NCBI GenBank assembly: GCA_003560095.1
Contig: PWJI01000043.1
Span: forward strand, 1-44,466
DNA from: Candidatus Nealsonbacteria bacterium
GTDB lineage: Bacteria > Patescibacteriota > Minisyncoccia > Minisyncoccales > PWPS01
Direction of reading: 5' to 3'
Length of the DNA stretch: 44,466 bases
The notes under the pieces are model-generated. The model was not told the DNA's origin, did no database searches, and saw only the letters and a list, made by a program, of their open reading frames with translations. Position numbers and translations under genes: made by a program. Each line of letters opens with the position of its first letter. The stretch's first letter is position 1. Below are positions 17,371 through 27,042 of this stretch, in pieces.

Positions 17371-18246
17371 ATGATAAAAAACAAGAAGCCTCTAATTGGA
17401 GCTCACATCTCTTCTTCCGGAGGAATTCTGAAAATTCCCAAGCGAGCAAAAGAAATTGGCGCTGAATGTATTCAAATTTTTGCAGGGAGCCCAAAAAGAT
17501 ACGATGTGAGGATTCCGGAAAAAGAAAGTATAGATAAATACAGAGAAGAGCTTGAAAAAAACGGAATAAGTTTAGTTTATATTCATGCAAGTTATCTGTT
17601 AAATCTTGCCTCTGAAAAAAGTGAGCTAAAAAGAAAATCAATAGAAAGCCTCAAAAATACTCTCTATTTTTCTTCTGCAATAGGAGCAAAGGGTGTTGTT
17701 TATCATCCCGGATCACCAAAAGGAAAAGATAAAGAAAAAGCCATTTTTAGGGAAATTAAGTCACTTGAGGAAGTTATTTTAGATACCCCTGAAAGTTCAA
17801 CTGTTTTTATTGAGAATACTGCCGGAAAAAAGAAAATTGGAACAACTCAGGAAGAGATTGGTTTTATTGTTCATAAAATAAATTCTCCAAGAGTTAAGGT
17901 TTGTATTGATACTGCACATTCTTTTGAGGCTGGACTAATCGAAGATTTTGAGAAAAATAATATTTTATTCTGGCTCAAGGAATGGAAAAAGAAAATAAAT
18001 TTACACGACATAGGTTTACTTCATATAAATGATTCTCTAACAAAATTCAATTCTCAACACGATCGTCATGCAAATATAGGCCTTGGAGAGATAGGACTAA
18101 AGGGATTTAAGAATTTAATGGAAGTAGATGAATTACTTAATATTCCTTGGATAATAGAAGTTCCCGGATTTGAAAATGAAGGTCCAGACAAGAAAAATGT
18201 TGATATTTTAAAAAAAATAAGAAAAGAAAAAAATAACTTTGTTTAA
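17371..18246 (+). CDS. nfo: Endonuclease IV (AP endonuclease)
   Basis: IGAH.S..GG, HASYLLNL, HPG, ENTAG, VCIDTAH, HINDS, DRHANIG.G.IG. Confidence 0.96.
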   Translation: MIKNKKPLIGAHISSSGGILKIPKRAKEIGAECIQIFAGSPKRYDVRIPEKESIDKYREELEKNGISLVYIHASYLLNLASEKSELKRKSIESLKNTLYFSSAIGAKGVVYHPGSPKGKDKEKAIFREIKSLEEVILDTPESSTVFIENTAGKKKIGTTQEEIGFIVHKINSPRVKVCIDTAHSFEAGLIEDFEKNNILFWLKEWKKKINLHDIGLLHINDSLTKFNSQHDRHANIGLGEIGLKGFKNLMEVDELLNIPWIIEVPGFENEGPDKKNVDILKKIRKEKNNFV

Positions 18247-18296
18247 TTTTCTAAATTTTGCAATATAGTATATAATCATGGTTAAATTTATTTATA

Positions 18297-18575
18297 ATGA
18301 ATTTTCATATAATTGAAAAAAATATCATCAAAGCAATTTCCCAAAAAAAGGAACTAGAGATTTATTATCCTGAGACGGAGAATTCTCCGGCCGGATGGAG
18401 AAAAATAACTCCCCTTAGCGTTACAACCGATATTCCTCCCAGTGGAGAATTACTTGTTATTGATAAAGAGCCCTTAAGTCCGGGACATATTCTCAATGCC
18501 AAAGATAAAAAAAACAAGGAGGAGATAAAATCTTTTATCATTGGTAAAATTAAAAAGATAAAAGAAGTTAAATAA
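18297..18575 (+). CDS. Stand-alone WYL-like domain protein (92 aa)
   Basis: I.KAI.QKK.L.IYY...R.I.P..V...IL.A.D...IKSF...KI..I spacing matches the WYL pattern; no HTH. Confidence 0.55.
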   Translation: MNFHIIEKNIIKAISQKKELEIYYPETENSPAGWRKITPLSVTTDIPPSGELLVIDKEPLSPGHILNAKDKKNKEEIKSFIIGKIKKIKEVK

Positions 18576-20006
18576 ATGAATGAAATTTATCAAAAAATAA
18601 TAGAAAATGCCAAAGATGCAATAGTTATTATTTGTGATGATGTTGTTGAATATATTAACGAATATGGAGCAAAAAAACTGGGCTATAAAAAAGAAGAAAT
18701 TGTAGGCGCAAATTTCCTGAGCTTTGTGCCAGAAGAAGAAAGGGAAAATCTTGAAAAAGAATATAAGAGTACAATAAAGGGGGAAGAAAGTTTTTTATAC
18801 GAAACAAATTTTAGAACAAAAAATGGAAGAATTATTTTTTCTGAGATTCATGCTCAAAAAATAAATTACAAGGGGAAAATTGCAAGCCTTGCTTTTATAA
18901 GAGATATAACGGCAAGAAAAAAAACATCCGAAATTTTTCATCAACAAGAAGAAAGATTTGAGGCGGTTACCGAAAATACACCTGATATTATTGCGCGTTA
19001 TGACGAAGAAGGTCGCTATGTTTATATTAATGCAGCGGGAGAAAAAGAATTTAAAATAACAAAGAAAGAGGCTTTTTGGAGAACAGACGAAGACCTTGGT
19101 ATAAATAAAGAAAGAATCAAATCCCTCAAAGAGGCGATTGATTTGGTTTTTAAAAATAAAAAAAAGAAAACTTTTTATAGCGAGGGCAGTGCAGGTGATG
19201 CAAGAAAGTATTATTATACAATTCTTGTTCCGGAATTTTTTAAAGATGGGGACGTTAGCTCTGCGCTTAGTATTACAAGAGATATTACGGAGATAAGAGA
19301 AATTGATCAAGCAAAATCAGAGTTTATTGGTATTACATCACATCAGCTTCGATCTCCTCTTTCTGTTATTAACTGGTGCGCGCTTTCTCTTCTAAGAGGT
19401 GAAGAGGGAGAGCTTAATGAAGAAGAAAAAGATTATGTAAAAAGAATTTATGATTCTGTAAGAAAACTAATAAAAATAACAGATGTCTTTTTAAATACCA
19501 CAATGCTTGACTTAGAGATGTTTGTTTTTAACTTACAAACAACGGATGTAGTTGAGGAAGCAAAGAAAATAGCCAATGAGCTTACTCAAGCAGCTAAAGA
19601 AAAAGAAATAAAATTTCTTACTAAGTATGATAAAATTCCTCCTATAAAAATAGACAAAAGGGCATTGAAAATTATTTTAAGGGGTCTTCTTTCCAATGCA
19701 ATGGAGTATTCTTTCTCAAAAGGGAATGTTTTCTTTTCAATAAAGAGAACCTCTGAGGAAGAGTTGACCATTTTTGTAGGAGATGATGGTTGTGGAATAA
19801 ATAAAGAAGATCAAGAGAAAGTTTTTAGTAGATTTTATCGTGCAGAAAATGCAAGAAACATGAAGGCTTATGGAACAGGGCTTGATCTTTATTTAATAAA
19901 ATCCATTATTGAAAAAATAGAGGGAGATATTCGTGTTGAGTCTCCCAATCCTCATTTTAAAAAAGGAACTCTTTTTTCTGTTAAAATACCAATCTCTTTT
20001 AATTAG
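18576..20006 (+). CDS. Cytoplasmic PAS-PAS sensor histidine kinase
   Basis: Two PAS/PAC units ending RDIT, H-box SHQLRSPL, N-box LLSNA, G1 DDGCGI, F-box FSRFYR, G2 GTGLDL; no TM. Confidence 0.93.
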   Translation: MNEIYQKIIENAKDAIVIICDDVVEYINEYGAKKLGYKKEEIVGANFLSFVPEEERENLEKEYKSTIKGEESFLYETNFRTKNGRIIFSEIHAQKINYKGKIASLAFIRDITARKKTSEIFHQQEERFEAVTENTPDIIARYDEEGRYVYINAAGEKEFKITKKEAFWRTDEDLGINKERIKSLKEAIDLVFKNKKKKTFYSEGSAGDARKYYYTILVPEFFKDGDVSSALSITRDITEIREIDQAKSEFIGITSHQLRSPLSVINWCALSLLRGEEGELNEEEKDYVKRIYDSVRKLIKITDVFLNTTMLDLEMFVFNLQTTDVVEEAKKIANELTQAAKEKEIKFLTKYDKIPPIKIDKRALKIILRGLLSNAMEYSFSKGNVFFSIKRTSEEELTIFVGDDGCGINKEDQEKVFSRFYRAENARNMKAYGTGLDLYLIKSIIEKIEGDIRVESPNPHFKKGTLFSVKIPISFN

Positions 20007-20019
20007 ATAAATATTATTA

Positions 20020-23000
20020 ATGAGCTTTAAAGAAAGATATGCAAATCTTAATACAAGACAACGCTCAGCAGTTGATAGCACGGAGGGACCCTTGATGGTT
20101 ATTGCTGGACCGGGTTCCGGGAAAACAGAAGTTCTCGGTATGAGAATTGCCAATATTATAAAAAAAACAGACACTCCTCCCGGGAGTGTTTTATGTCTTA
20201 CGTATACCGATGCAGCTTCGGTTAATATGAGAGAAAGGCTTATTGATCTTATAGGAGAAGAAGCTTATCGAGTTTCCGTATACACATTTCATGCGTTTTG
20301 TAAAAAGATTATTGAAAATCACCCTGAGTATTTTTATAAGGGTGTCAGTTTTAATTTAGCGACAAGAGTAACTCAAACCGGAATAATTGAAAAAATATTA
20401 AACGAATTGGATTACAGTGATCCACTTTCCGGCTTTCATCCAAAGCTTGGCTTTGCTTATCTTAAAGACATAGAAAAAAGAATTTTTGAACTCAAAGAAG
20501 AGGGTATTTCTCCAAAAGATTTTCAAAAAATAATAGAAAAAAATGAAATATTTTTTAAAAAAATAGAGCCAAAAATTAATAATGTTTTTAAAGAGAGAGT
20601 TAGTAAAAAAACATTTTCAAAAATAGAGAGCTTTATTGATGATTTGGAAAAGATAAAAGAAGGGGAGTATCCATTTGGCATTACTTCAATAAATAAAGAA
20701 ATTGCTTTCTCTTTAAAAAAAATATTAAAAAAAGGAAGCACAAAAGAAATTTCAAAATGGAAATCCAAAAGAATTATTAAAAAAAATAAAAGATTTGTTT
20801 TGAAAGATGCTGAAAACACGGAAAAGATGAAAAGTTTTTCAAGGATTTATGAGAAATATCAAGAAGAAATGAGGAATGCGGGTTATTATGATTTTTCCGA
20901 TATGATTTTAGATGTTATAAAAGAAATGGAAAAAAATGAGGATCTTTGTAGTTTGATAAAAGAAAAATATCTCTATGTTCTTGTCGACGAATTTCAAGAC
21001 ACAAGCGGAGTACAAATGAGGTTCTTAAATTTACTTTTTAAAGACGATCAAGATAAAAATCCAAATATTTTTACGGTAGCCGATGACGATCAGGCTATTT
21101 ATAGATTCAGAGGTGCTGAGATTGCAAATATTTTAAGGTTTAAAGAAAGTTATCCTAAAACAAGAATTGTTGTCTTAAAAGAGAATTATCGTTCAGTAAA
21201 AGAAATATTGGATTTTTCATACAACACGATAAGAAAAGGAGAAGAGAGATTGGAAAATTACTTTCCTGAAATCAAAAAAAGACAAACAGCAAATAAAAAA
21301 AATAAAGGAAATATTTTTCATAAAGAGTTTAAGACAGAAGAAGAAGAATTTTCTTTTTTAGTAAAAGAAATTGAAAAAGAAATAAAAAAAACTTCTCCGG
21401 AAAAAATAGCTGTAATCGGAAGAACACACAATACCATCAAAAAGGCAATTTCATTTTTTTCCGGCAAAAAGATACCCGTGTATGCGGAAAGGAAGGAAAA
21501 TGTATTAGAAAAAAAACACATAAATGAAATTATAACGATTATAAGATTTGCAAAAACTTTACTTGATGGAAATAGTAGAGATGCTGATTCTTTTTTACCG
21601 GAAATACTGACTTATCCGTTTTGGGGAATAAAAAGAGAGGAAGTTTGGAAAATTTCCGTAATGTCTTATGAAAAAAACATTCCCTGGATAGAGTGTATGA
21701 AAAGAAGAAGAGAAACTTCTTGTATTGCGGATTTTTTATTAGACCTCTCCTTAAGGGTAAAAAATAGTTCGGCCGAAGAGTTGATTGATATTATAATTGG
21801 AAATAAGAAAGGAATTTTTTTAAGTTCTTTTAAGCAATATTATTTCTCAAGAAAAGAATTTAAAAATAATAAAGAAAATTACTTATCTCTTTTATCTTCA
21901 CTAAAATGCTTTATTAAGGCCACGCGTGAATATAAGATAGGTAGGCCCGTAATGGCAAAAGATCTGATTGAATTTGTTGATCTTTTAGAAAAAAACAATA
22001 TCCCTCTTTTAGATAAAAATCCTCTGATTTTAAACGATAATGCTGTTTCATTTATTACCGCACACAGCGCTAAAGGAAGAGAGTATGATTGTGTTTTTGT
22101 CTTAAATTGCAATCAGGGAGAATGGGCAAAGACAAGGAGTAGCAATAAAATATCCTTACCCCTTAATATGCCATTCGAGAAAGAGGCAAATAGCAGAGAT
22201 GATCATTTGAGGCTTTTTTATGTTACAATGACTCGGGCAAAAGAGAAAATTTATTTTATTTTACATAAAAAAGAAGAGAAAAGGGAAAATATACCTCTTG
22301 AATTTATCGAAGACTTGAAAAAAACAAAAGAAAAAATCTCTATTGAAAAAAACAAGCACTCCTTGTCACAAGAGGAAAATTTTTCTTTTTCCAGAAAAGA
22401 AAAGGATTATATTTTTCCTTTAGTAGAAAAATACAAGATAAGTGCAACGGGATTAACAAAATTTCTTAATGTTGAAGAAGGGGGCCCGACAGAATTTTTT
22501 GATAAAAATATATTAAGATTTCCCGAGAAAAAAAGCTTCTCTCTTTCTTATGGGACAGCAATTCATGAGGCTATTTCTTCCATCTATAATATTTTAAAAA
22601 AAGAGGGGAAAGTTATTTCAGAAAAGGAATTTATTTCTCTCTTCAAAAAAGCATTAATAAGAGAAAGGTTGCCGGAAAAAGATTTCAAGAAAGGCTATAA
22701 AAAAGGTAAAGAGGCTCTTTCGATTTTTTATAAAAAAAGAAAAAAAGATTTTATTTCAGAATACGAAATAGAGAAAAATTTTAAATACCAGAATTGTTTT
22801 GTAGGAGATATAGAAATTACCGGAAAAATAGACAAAATGATAAAGAAAGATAATGAAATAGAAGTAACAGATATTAAAACAGGAAAAAGTTTAAAAAACT
22901 TTAATGGGGTAGGGGACTATGAAAAAATAAAAGCATGGAAATACAGAAATCAACTAATTTTTTATAAAATATTAATAGAAAGCGCGCGAGATTATAAAGG

Positions 23001-23235
23001 AAAATATAATGTTAATCGAGGTATTTTAGAATTTGTAGAACCTAGTAACGAAAAAGAAATTGTTACTCTTCTACTTGAAATAGACAGCGAGGAAGCGAAA
23101 AGGCTAAGAAATTTAATTTTTATTATTGGAAAAAAAATAAAAAAATTAGACTTTCCTTCAACCAAAGAATATAAAGGAAAAGGAATTAGAGGAATTAGAG
23201 AGTTTGAAGAAGATATTATAAAAGGAAAAATATGA
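20020..23235 (+). CDS. UvrD/PcrA-family helicase fused to C-terminal PD-(D/E)XK (RecB-like) nuclease, AdnAB/AddA-like architecture
   Basis: AGPGSGKT, VDEFQD, DDDQAIYRFRGA, NYRS, TAHSAKGREY, RLFYVTMTRAK; C-terminal YGTAIH, GKIDK...DIKTG, QLIFY. Confidence 0.93.
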   Translation: MSFKERYANLNTRQRSAVDSTEGPLMVIAGPGSGKTEVLGMRIANIIKKTDTPPGSVLCLTYTDAASVNMRERLIDLIGEEAYRVSVYTFHAFCKKIIENHPEYFYKGVSFNLATRVTQTGIIEKILNELDYSDPLSGFHPKLGFAYLKDIEKRIFELKEEGISPKDFQKIIEKNEIFFKKIEPKINNVFKERVSKKTFSKIESFIDDLEKIKEGEYPFGITSINKEIAFSLKKILKKGSTKEISKWKSKRIIKKNKRFVLKDAENTEKMKSFSRIYEKYQEEMRNAGYYDFSDMILDVIKEMEKNEDLCSLIKEKYLYVLVDEFQDTSGVQMRFLNLLFKDDQDKNPNIFTVADDDQAIYRFRGAEIANILRFKESYPKTRIVVLKENYRSVKEILDFSYNTIRKGEERLENYFPEIKKRQTANKKNKGNIFHKEFKTEEEEFSFLVKEIEKEIKKTSPEKIAVIGRTHNTIKKAISFFSGKKIPVYAERKENVLEKKHINEIITIIRFAKTLLDGNSRDADSFLPEILTYPFWGIKREEVWKISVMSYEKNIPWIECMKRRRETSCIADFLLDLSLRVKNSSAEELIDIIIGNKKGIFLSSFKQYYFSRKEFKNNKENYLSLLSSLKCFIKATREYKIGRPVMAKDLIEFVDLLEKNNIPLLDKNPLILNDNAVSFITAHSAKGREYDCVFVLNCNQGEWAKTRSSNKISLPLNMPFEKEANSRDDHLRLFYVTMTRAKEKIYFILHKKEEKRENIPLEFIEDLKKTKEKISIEKNKHSLSQEENFSFSRKEKDYIFPLVEKYKISATGLTKFLNVEEGGPTEFFDKNILRFPEKKSFSLSYGTAIHEAISSIYNILKKEGKVISEKEFISLFKKALIRERLPEKDFKKGYKKGKEALSIFYKKRKKDFISEYEIEKNFKYQNCFVGDIEITGKIDKMIKKDNEIEVTDIKTGKSLKNFNGVGDYEKIKAWKYRNQLIFYKILIESARDYKGKYNVNRGILEFVEPSNEKEIVTLLLEIDSEEAKRLRNLIFIIGKKIKKLDFPSTKEYKGKGIRGIREFEEDIIKGKI

Positions 23236-24284
23236 AAAATAAAAGAATAATACTTCATATTGATATGGATTATTTTTTTGCTCAAATAGAGGAAAGAGAG
23301 AACCCGCGCTTTAAGGGTAGACCGGTTGTAGTTGGGGCAAACCCTAAGAAGGGAAAGGGGAGAGGTGTTGTTTCAACCTGTAACTATCATGCAAGAAAAT
23401 ATAAAATAAAATCAGGTATGCCGATATCAAGAGCTTATAAGCTTTGTCCTAAAGCAGTTTTTTTGCCTGTTAATATGAGTTTTTACAAAAAGGTTTCGTC
23501 TTCTATTTTTAAAAATATAGAAAAAAAACACAAGAAAATAGAAAAAATTTCTTTAGATGAGGCTTATGTTGATCTTACAAGTAGCGTAAAAAGTTTTAAA
23601 AAAGCAGAAGAAATTGGAGAAAAAATAAAAACAGAAATATTTAAAAAAGAAAAGCTAACTTGTAGCGTAGGTATTGCGGAAAATAAGATGCTCGCAAAAA
23701 TTGCTTGTGAGTTAGTTAAGCCAAACGGAATAAAGGTTATTAGCCCAAGCTCTTCTATAAAAGTAATTTCTAAGCTTGATATTGATATTATACCGGGCAT
23801 AGGACCAAAAACAAAAAAGAAAATCGAAGAGTATCTTGAAAAAGAAAACCCAAAAGTTTCTGATTTGCGTAAAATAAGAAAAAAGAAATTAATTCATATG
23901 TTTGGAAAAAGAGGATCTGATTTTTATCACAGGGCAAGAGCTATTGATAATTCTCCCGTAAAAAAGAAAAAAACAAAATCCATAGGAAAAGAAATTACTT
24001 TCCAAAAAGACACAAGAGATCCGCAAAAGATAACAAGTTGTTTTAGGGCATTAGTTTTTTCAGTAGCAAAAACTTTAAAAGAAAAAAATATTCCTCAAAA
24101 AGGAATTGTTGTTGTTTGCCGTTTTGATGACTTTCAAACTTACACAAAACAAATCTCTTTTGAGAAAAATTATTATAGTAGAGATTTTTTGTACAAAAAA
24201 AGTATACCCCTTCTTTTGCATTTTTTAGTTAAAGGAGGCAAGAAAATAAGACTCATTGGCTTTCGTGTTATTGTTTCCGATTAG
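23232..24284 (+). CDS. dinB: DNA polymerase IV (Y-family)
   Basis: HIDMDYFFAQIE, STCNY.AR, SLDEAY.D, KPNG, IPGIG; ATGA overlap with helicase gene. Confidence 0.96.
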   Translation: MKNKRIILHIDMDYFFAQIEERENPRFKGRPVVVGANPKKGKGRGVVSTCNYHARKYKIKSGMPISRAYKLCPKAVFLPVNMSFYKKVSSSIFKNIEKKHKKIEKISLDEAYVDLTSSVKSFKKAEEIGEKIKTEIFKKEKLTCSVGIAENKMLAKIACELVKPNGIKVISPSSSIKVISKLDIDIIPGIGPKTKKKIEEYLEKENPKVSDLRKIRKKKLIHMFGKRGSDFYHRARAIDNSPVKKKKTKSIGKEITFQKDTRDPQKITSCFRALVFSVAKTLKEKNIPQKGIVVVCRFDDFQTYTKQISFEKNYYSRDFLYKKSIPLLLHFLVKGGKKIRLIGFRVIVSD

Positions 24285-24288
24285 TAGT

Positions 24289-24316
24289 TTGATTTTTATA
24301 AATTTTTCTATATACT
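24289..24316 (+). promoter_or_regulatory. Putative promoter TTGATT-N16-TATACT for gdhA-xseA-xseB-uvrD
   Basis: -35 at 24289-24294, -10 at 24311-24316, ATG at 24338. Confidence 0.45.
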
Positions 24317-24337
24317 TCTCGAAAAAGAAAAAATAAA

Positions 24338-25540
24338 ATGGAAAATTTCTTAAGAGACACAAAAAGAAAAATTAAAAAAGAGGCTCAAAGAAGCAAAATA
24401 AATCAAGAGCTTCTTGAAAAAATTCTTTTGCCTGAAAGGATATTAGAATTTTCAATAAACTTAAAGGATAAGTATTTTCGCGCTTATAGATTTCAACATA
24501 GCAGTATTCTTGGTCCATACAAGGGCGGTATTAGATTTAGTGAAAGTGTTAAAAGAGATGAAGTAGAAGCACTTTCGATTTTGATGACAATTAAGTGTGC
24601 TCTTATTGATATTCCCTTTGGAGGAGGTAAGGGTGGTGGAGTTATTGATTTTCAGAAATTGGGGGAAAGAGAAAAAGAGGAATTTGCAAGAAAATACGTG
24701 AGAGGAATTTTTCCTATTATTGGATTTAATATCGATATACCTGCTCCGGATATAAATACAGATGAAAAAATTATCTCTACAATGAATAATGAATATTTAA
24801 AAATTAATAAAAAAAATAAATTAAGTTCTTTTACCGGTAAAAGAATTAAAGATGGGGGTGTTAGTGGGAGGGTTGAGGCTACCGGTTATGGAGGTTTTGC
24901 TGTTTTTGAAAAATTATGCGAAGAGATGAGAATAAAAAATCCCACAATCGGGATTCAAGGATTTGGAAATGTTGGGAAGAATTTTGCAAAATTCGCTTAT
25001 CAAAAAAAGCATAAAATTACTGCAATTACAAGCTCTGCAGGGGGAGTTGAGAAGAATAGCGGATTAGACATTGATTTGGCTTTAAAGAAAAATAAAATTG
25101 ATGCTGCTGGGGGCTTAAAAATAAGCAACGAAGAACTTTTAAAAAAACCCCTTGACGTTCTTGTTTTAGCTGCAGTAGATGGTGTTATAAATAAAAAAAA
25201 TGTTCATACGGTAAAAGCTAAATATATTATTGAACTTGCCAACGGTCCAATAACAGAAAGTGCGGAGAAAATATTGAACAGAAAAGGTGTATTGATTGTT
25301 CCCGACATTTTAGCTAACTCGGGAGGGGTTGCAGCGTCTTATTGTGAGTGGATACAAGAGAAAAGAAAAAAGCCATATAAAAAAGATGAGGTTTTTTCTT
25401 TTATTGAAAAAACCCTTAAGAGATCTTTTCTTGAGCTAATTAAGATGAGAAAAAAAAGTACAAAAGATATAACACTAAGAAGTGCAGGCTTCTCTCTAGC
25501 TCTATTTAGATTACAAAAAAAATTTCTAAAAGATAAATGA
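24338..25540 (+). CDS. gdhA: Glu/Leu/Phe/Val dehydrogenase (glutamate dehydrogenase-like)
   Basis: GPYKGGIRF, MTIKCA, PFGGGKGG, DIPAPD, FTGK, EATGYG, QGFGNVG, ELANGP, PDILANSGGV. Confidence 0.92.
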   Translation: MENFLRDTKRKIKKEAQRSKINQELLEKILLPERILEFSINLKDKYFRAYRFQHSSILGPYKGGIRFSESVKRDEVEALSILMTIKCALIDIPFGGGKGGGVIDFQKLGEREKEEFARKYVRGIFPIIGFNIDIPAPDINTDEKIISTMNNEYLKINKKNKLSSFTGKRIKDGGVSGRVEATGYGGFAVFEKLCEEMRIKNPTIGIQGFGNVGKNFAKFAYQKKHKITAITSSAGGVEKNSGLDIDLALKKNKIDAAGGLKISNEELLKKPLDVLVLAAVDGVINKKNVHTVKAKYIIELANGPITESAEKILNRKGVLIVPDILANSGGVAASYCEWIQEKRKKPYKKDEVFSFIEKTLKRSFLELIKMRKKSTKDITLRSAGFSLALFRLQKKFLKDK

Positions 25541-26841
25541 TGGCATACGAAAGAGCAAAACAAAGTCAAATTTTTTCGAGTAAACCTGTTTCGGTTTCGG
25601 ACTATATTTCAATACTAAATCAGCTTATCTCACGAGTTAATTTAAAAGTTATTGGCGAAGTTAGCGGAGTAAAGGTGGCGAGCAGTGGCCATGTTTATTT
25701 TTCTTTAAAAGATTCAAAAACCGGAGATATAATAAATTGCGCCATATGGAGGTCAATATACAACATGTGTGGAATTAAGATAGAAGAGGGTATGGAAGTT
25801 GTTTTGTCGGGATCTGCTGACATATATAAACCACGAGGAACGTTGACTTTTAAAGTAAAAACAATAGAGCTTGTAGGTGAAGGAGCTTTAAGAAAAGCTT
25901 ATGAAGAACTTAAAAAGAAGCTGGAAAAAAAAGGTCTCTTTGATGAGCAAAGAAAGCGCAAAATACCTTATTATCCTCATAGAATAGGTGTAATAACCTC
26001 AAAAAAAGGAGCTGCAATTCATGATTTTATTAATAATTTAGGTAAATTCGGCTTTAAGGTTCTTGTTTGTGATTCCAGGGTAGAAGGTCAAGAAGCGGTA
26101 GAAGACCTTATAAAATCTATCAAAATAATGAAAAAAAAGAGCTTGGATGTTTTGGTGATTGTTCGAGGAGGAGGATCATTGCAATCCCTTATGGCATTTG
26201 ATAACGAAATGCTCGTTACAGAAATTGCAAAATTTCCCGTGCCGGTAATTACAGGAATTGGTCATCACGAAGATATACCTTTAGCTTCTTTAGCTTCTGA
26301 TGCTTTCGAATCTACTCCAACAGCTGCAGCTCATCGTCTTTCGTGTGGATTTCAAGAAGCAAAAGAAAAAAATAGAAAATACGAAAAAATTATTTTTGAA
26401 AACTATCGAGATATTTTTCGTGAAAAAATAGAAAAATTTACTTTAAAAGAAGAAATAATTAAAAATTTCTTTAAAAATATTTTTGAAGAATACAGAAGGA
26501 GCGAAGAAAAAATCAAGAAAAGCATTAATTTGGCAACTTATTTCGTGAAAGAAGGAGAGAAAAGAATAAATAGAGACGCTAAGAACATATTTTCTTTCTT
26601 TTCCAGGGGAGTCAGGGAAAATGAAAATAAAATAAAAAGAGTTAGCAATATTATTTACTTAAATAATCCTCAAAAGCAATTACGTCTTGGTTATGCTATA
26701 ATAAAAAAAGATAAAAAAATCGTAAAAAGCATTGAGGAAATAAAAGAGGGAGACATAATTAGAGCAACATTATTTGATGGAGAGGTGGATTCCCAAATTA
26801 AAAATATTAAAGAAAAAAAACATGACAAAAGAAAACAATAA
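25537..26841 (+). CDS. xseA: Exodeoxyribonuclease VII large subunit
   Basis: SGHVYFSLKD, GEGAL...YE.LK.KL...GLFD, RIGVITS..GAA, RGGGS, ITGIGH, TPTAAA, LGYA. Confidence 0.97.
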   Translation: MMAYERAKQSQIFSSKPVSVSDYISILNQLISRVNLKVIGEVSGVKVASSGHVYFSLKDSKTGDIINCAIWRSIYNMCGIKIEEGMEVVLSGSADIYKPRGTLTFKVKTIELVGEGALRKAYEELKKKLEKKGLFDEQRKRKIPYYPHRIGVITSKKGAAIHDFINNLGKFGFKVLVCDSRVEGQEAVEDLIKSIKIMKKKSLDVLVIVRGGGSLQSLMAFDNEMLVTEIAKFPVPVITGIGHHEDIPLASLASDAFESTPTAAAHRLSCGFQEAKEKNRKYEKIIFENYRDIFREKIEKFTLKEEIIKNFFKNIFEEYRRSEEKIKKSINLATYFVKEGEKRINRDAKNIFSFFSRGVRENENKIKRVSNIIYLNNPQKQLRLGYAIIKKDKKIVKSIEEIKEGDIIRATLFDGEVDSQIKNIKEKKHDKRKQ

Positions 26842-27028
26842 TTTAACCAATAACTTAAAAAAGCTTTCTGAGATTGCGCAATGGTTTGAGGAATGTGAAG
26901 AAATTGACCTTGAGGAGGGACTTAAAAAAGTAAAAAACGCTACCAAGCTTATTAAAGAAAGTAAGGAAAGACTAAAGGAGATAGAGAACGAATTTGAAGA
27001 AGTAAAAAAAGAGCTTGACGAAGAATAA
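26822..27028 (+). CDS. xseB: Exodeoxyribonuclease VII small subunit
   Basis: L..L.EI...FE..EIDLEEGL...L...E helical pattern, overlapping the xseA end; start set at ATG 26822. Confidence 0.88.
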   Translation: MTKENNNLTNNLKKLSEIAQWFEECEEIDLEEGLKKVKNATKLIKESKERLKEIENEFEEVKKELDEE

Positions 27029-27042
27029 AAGACTTTTTGAAA

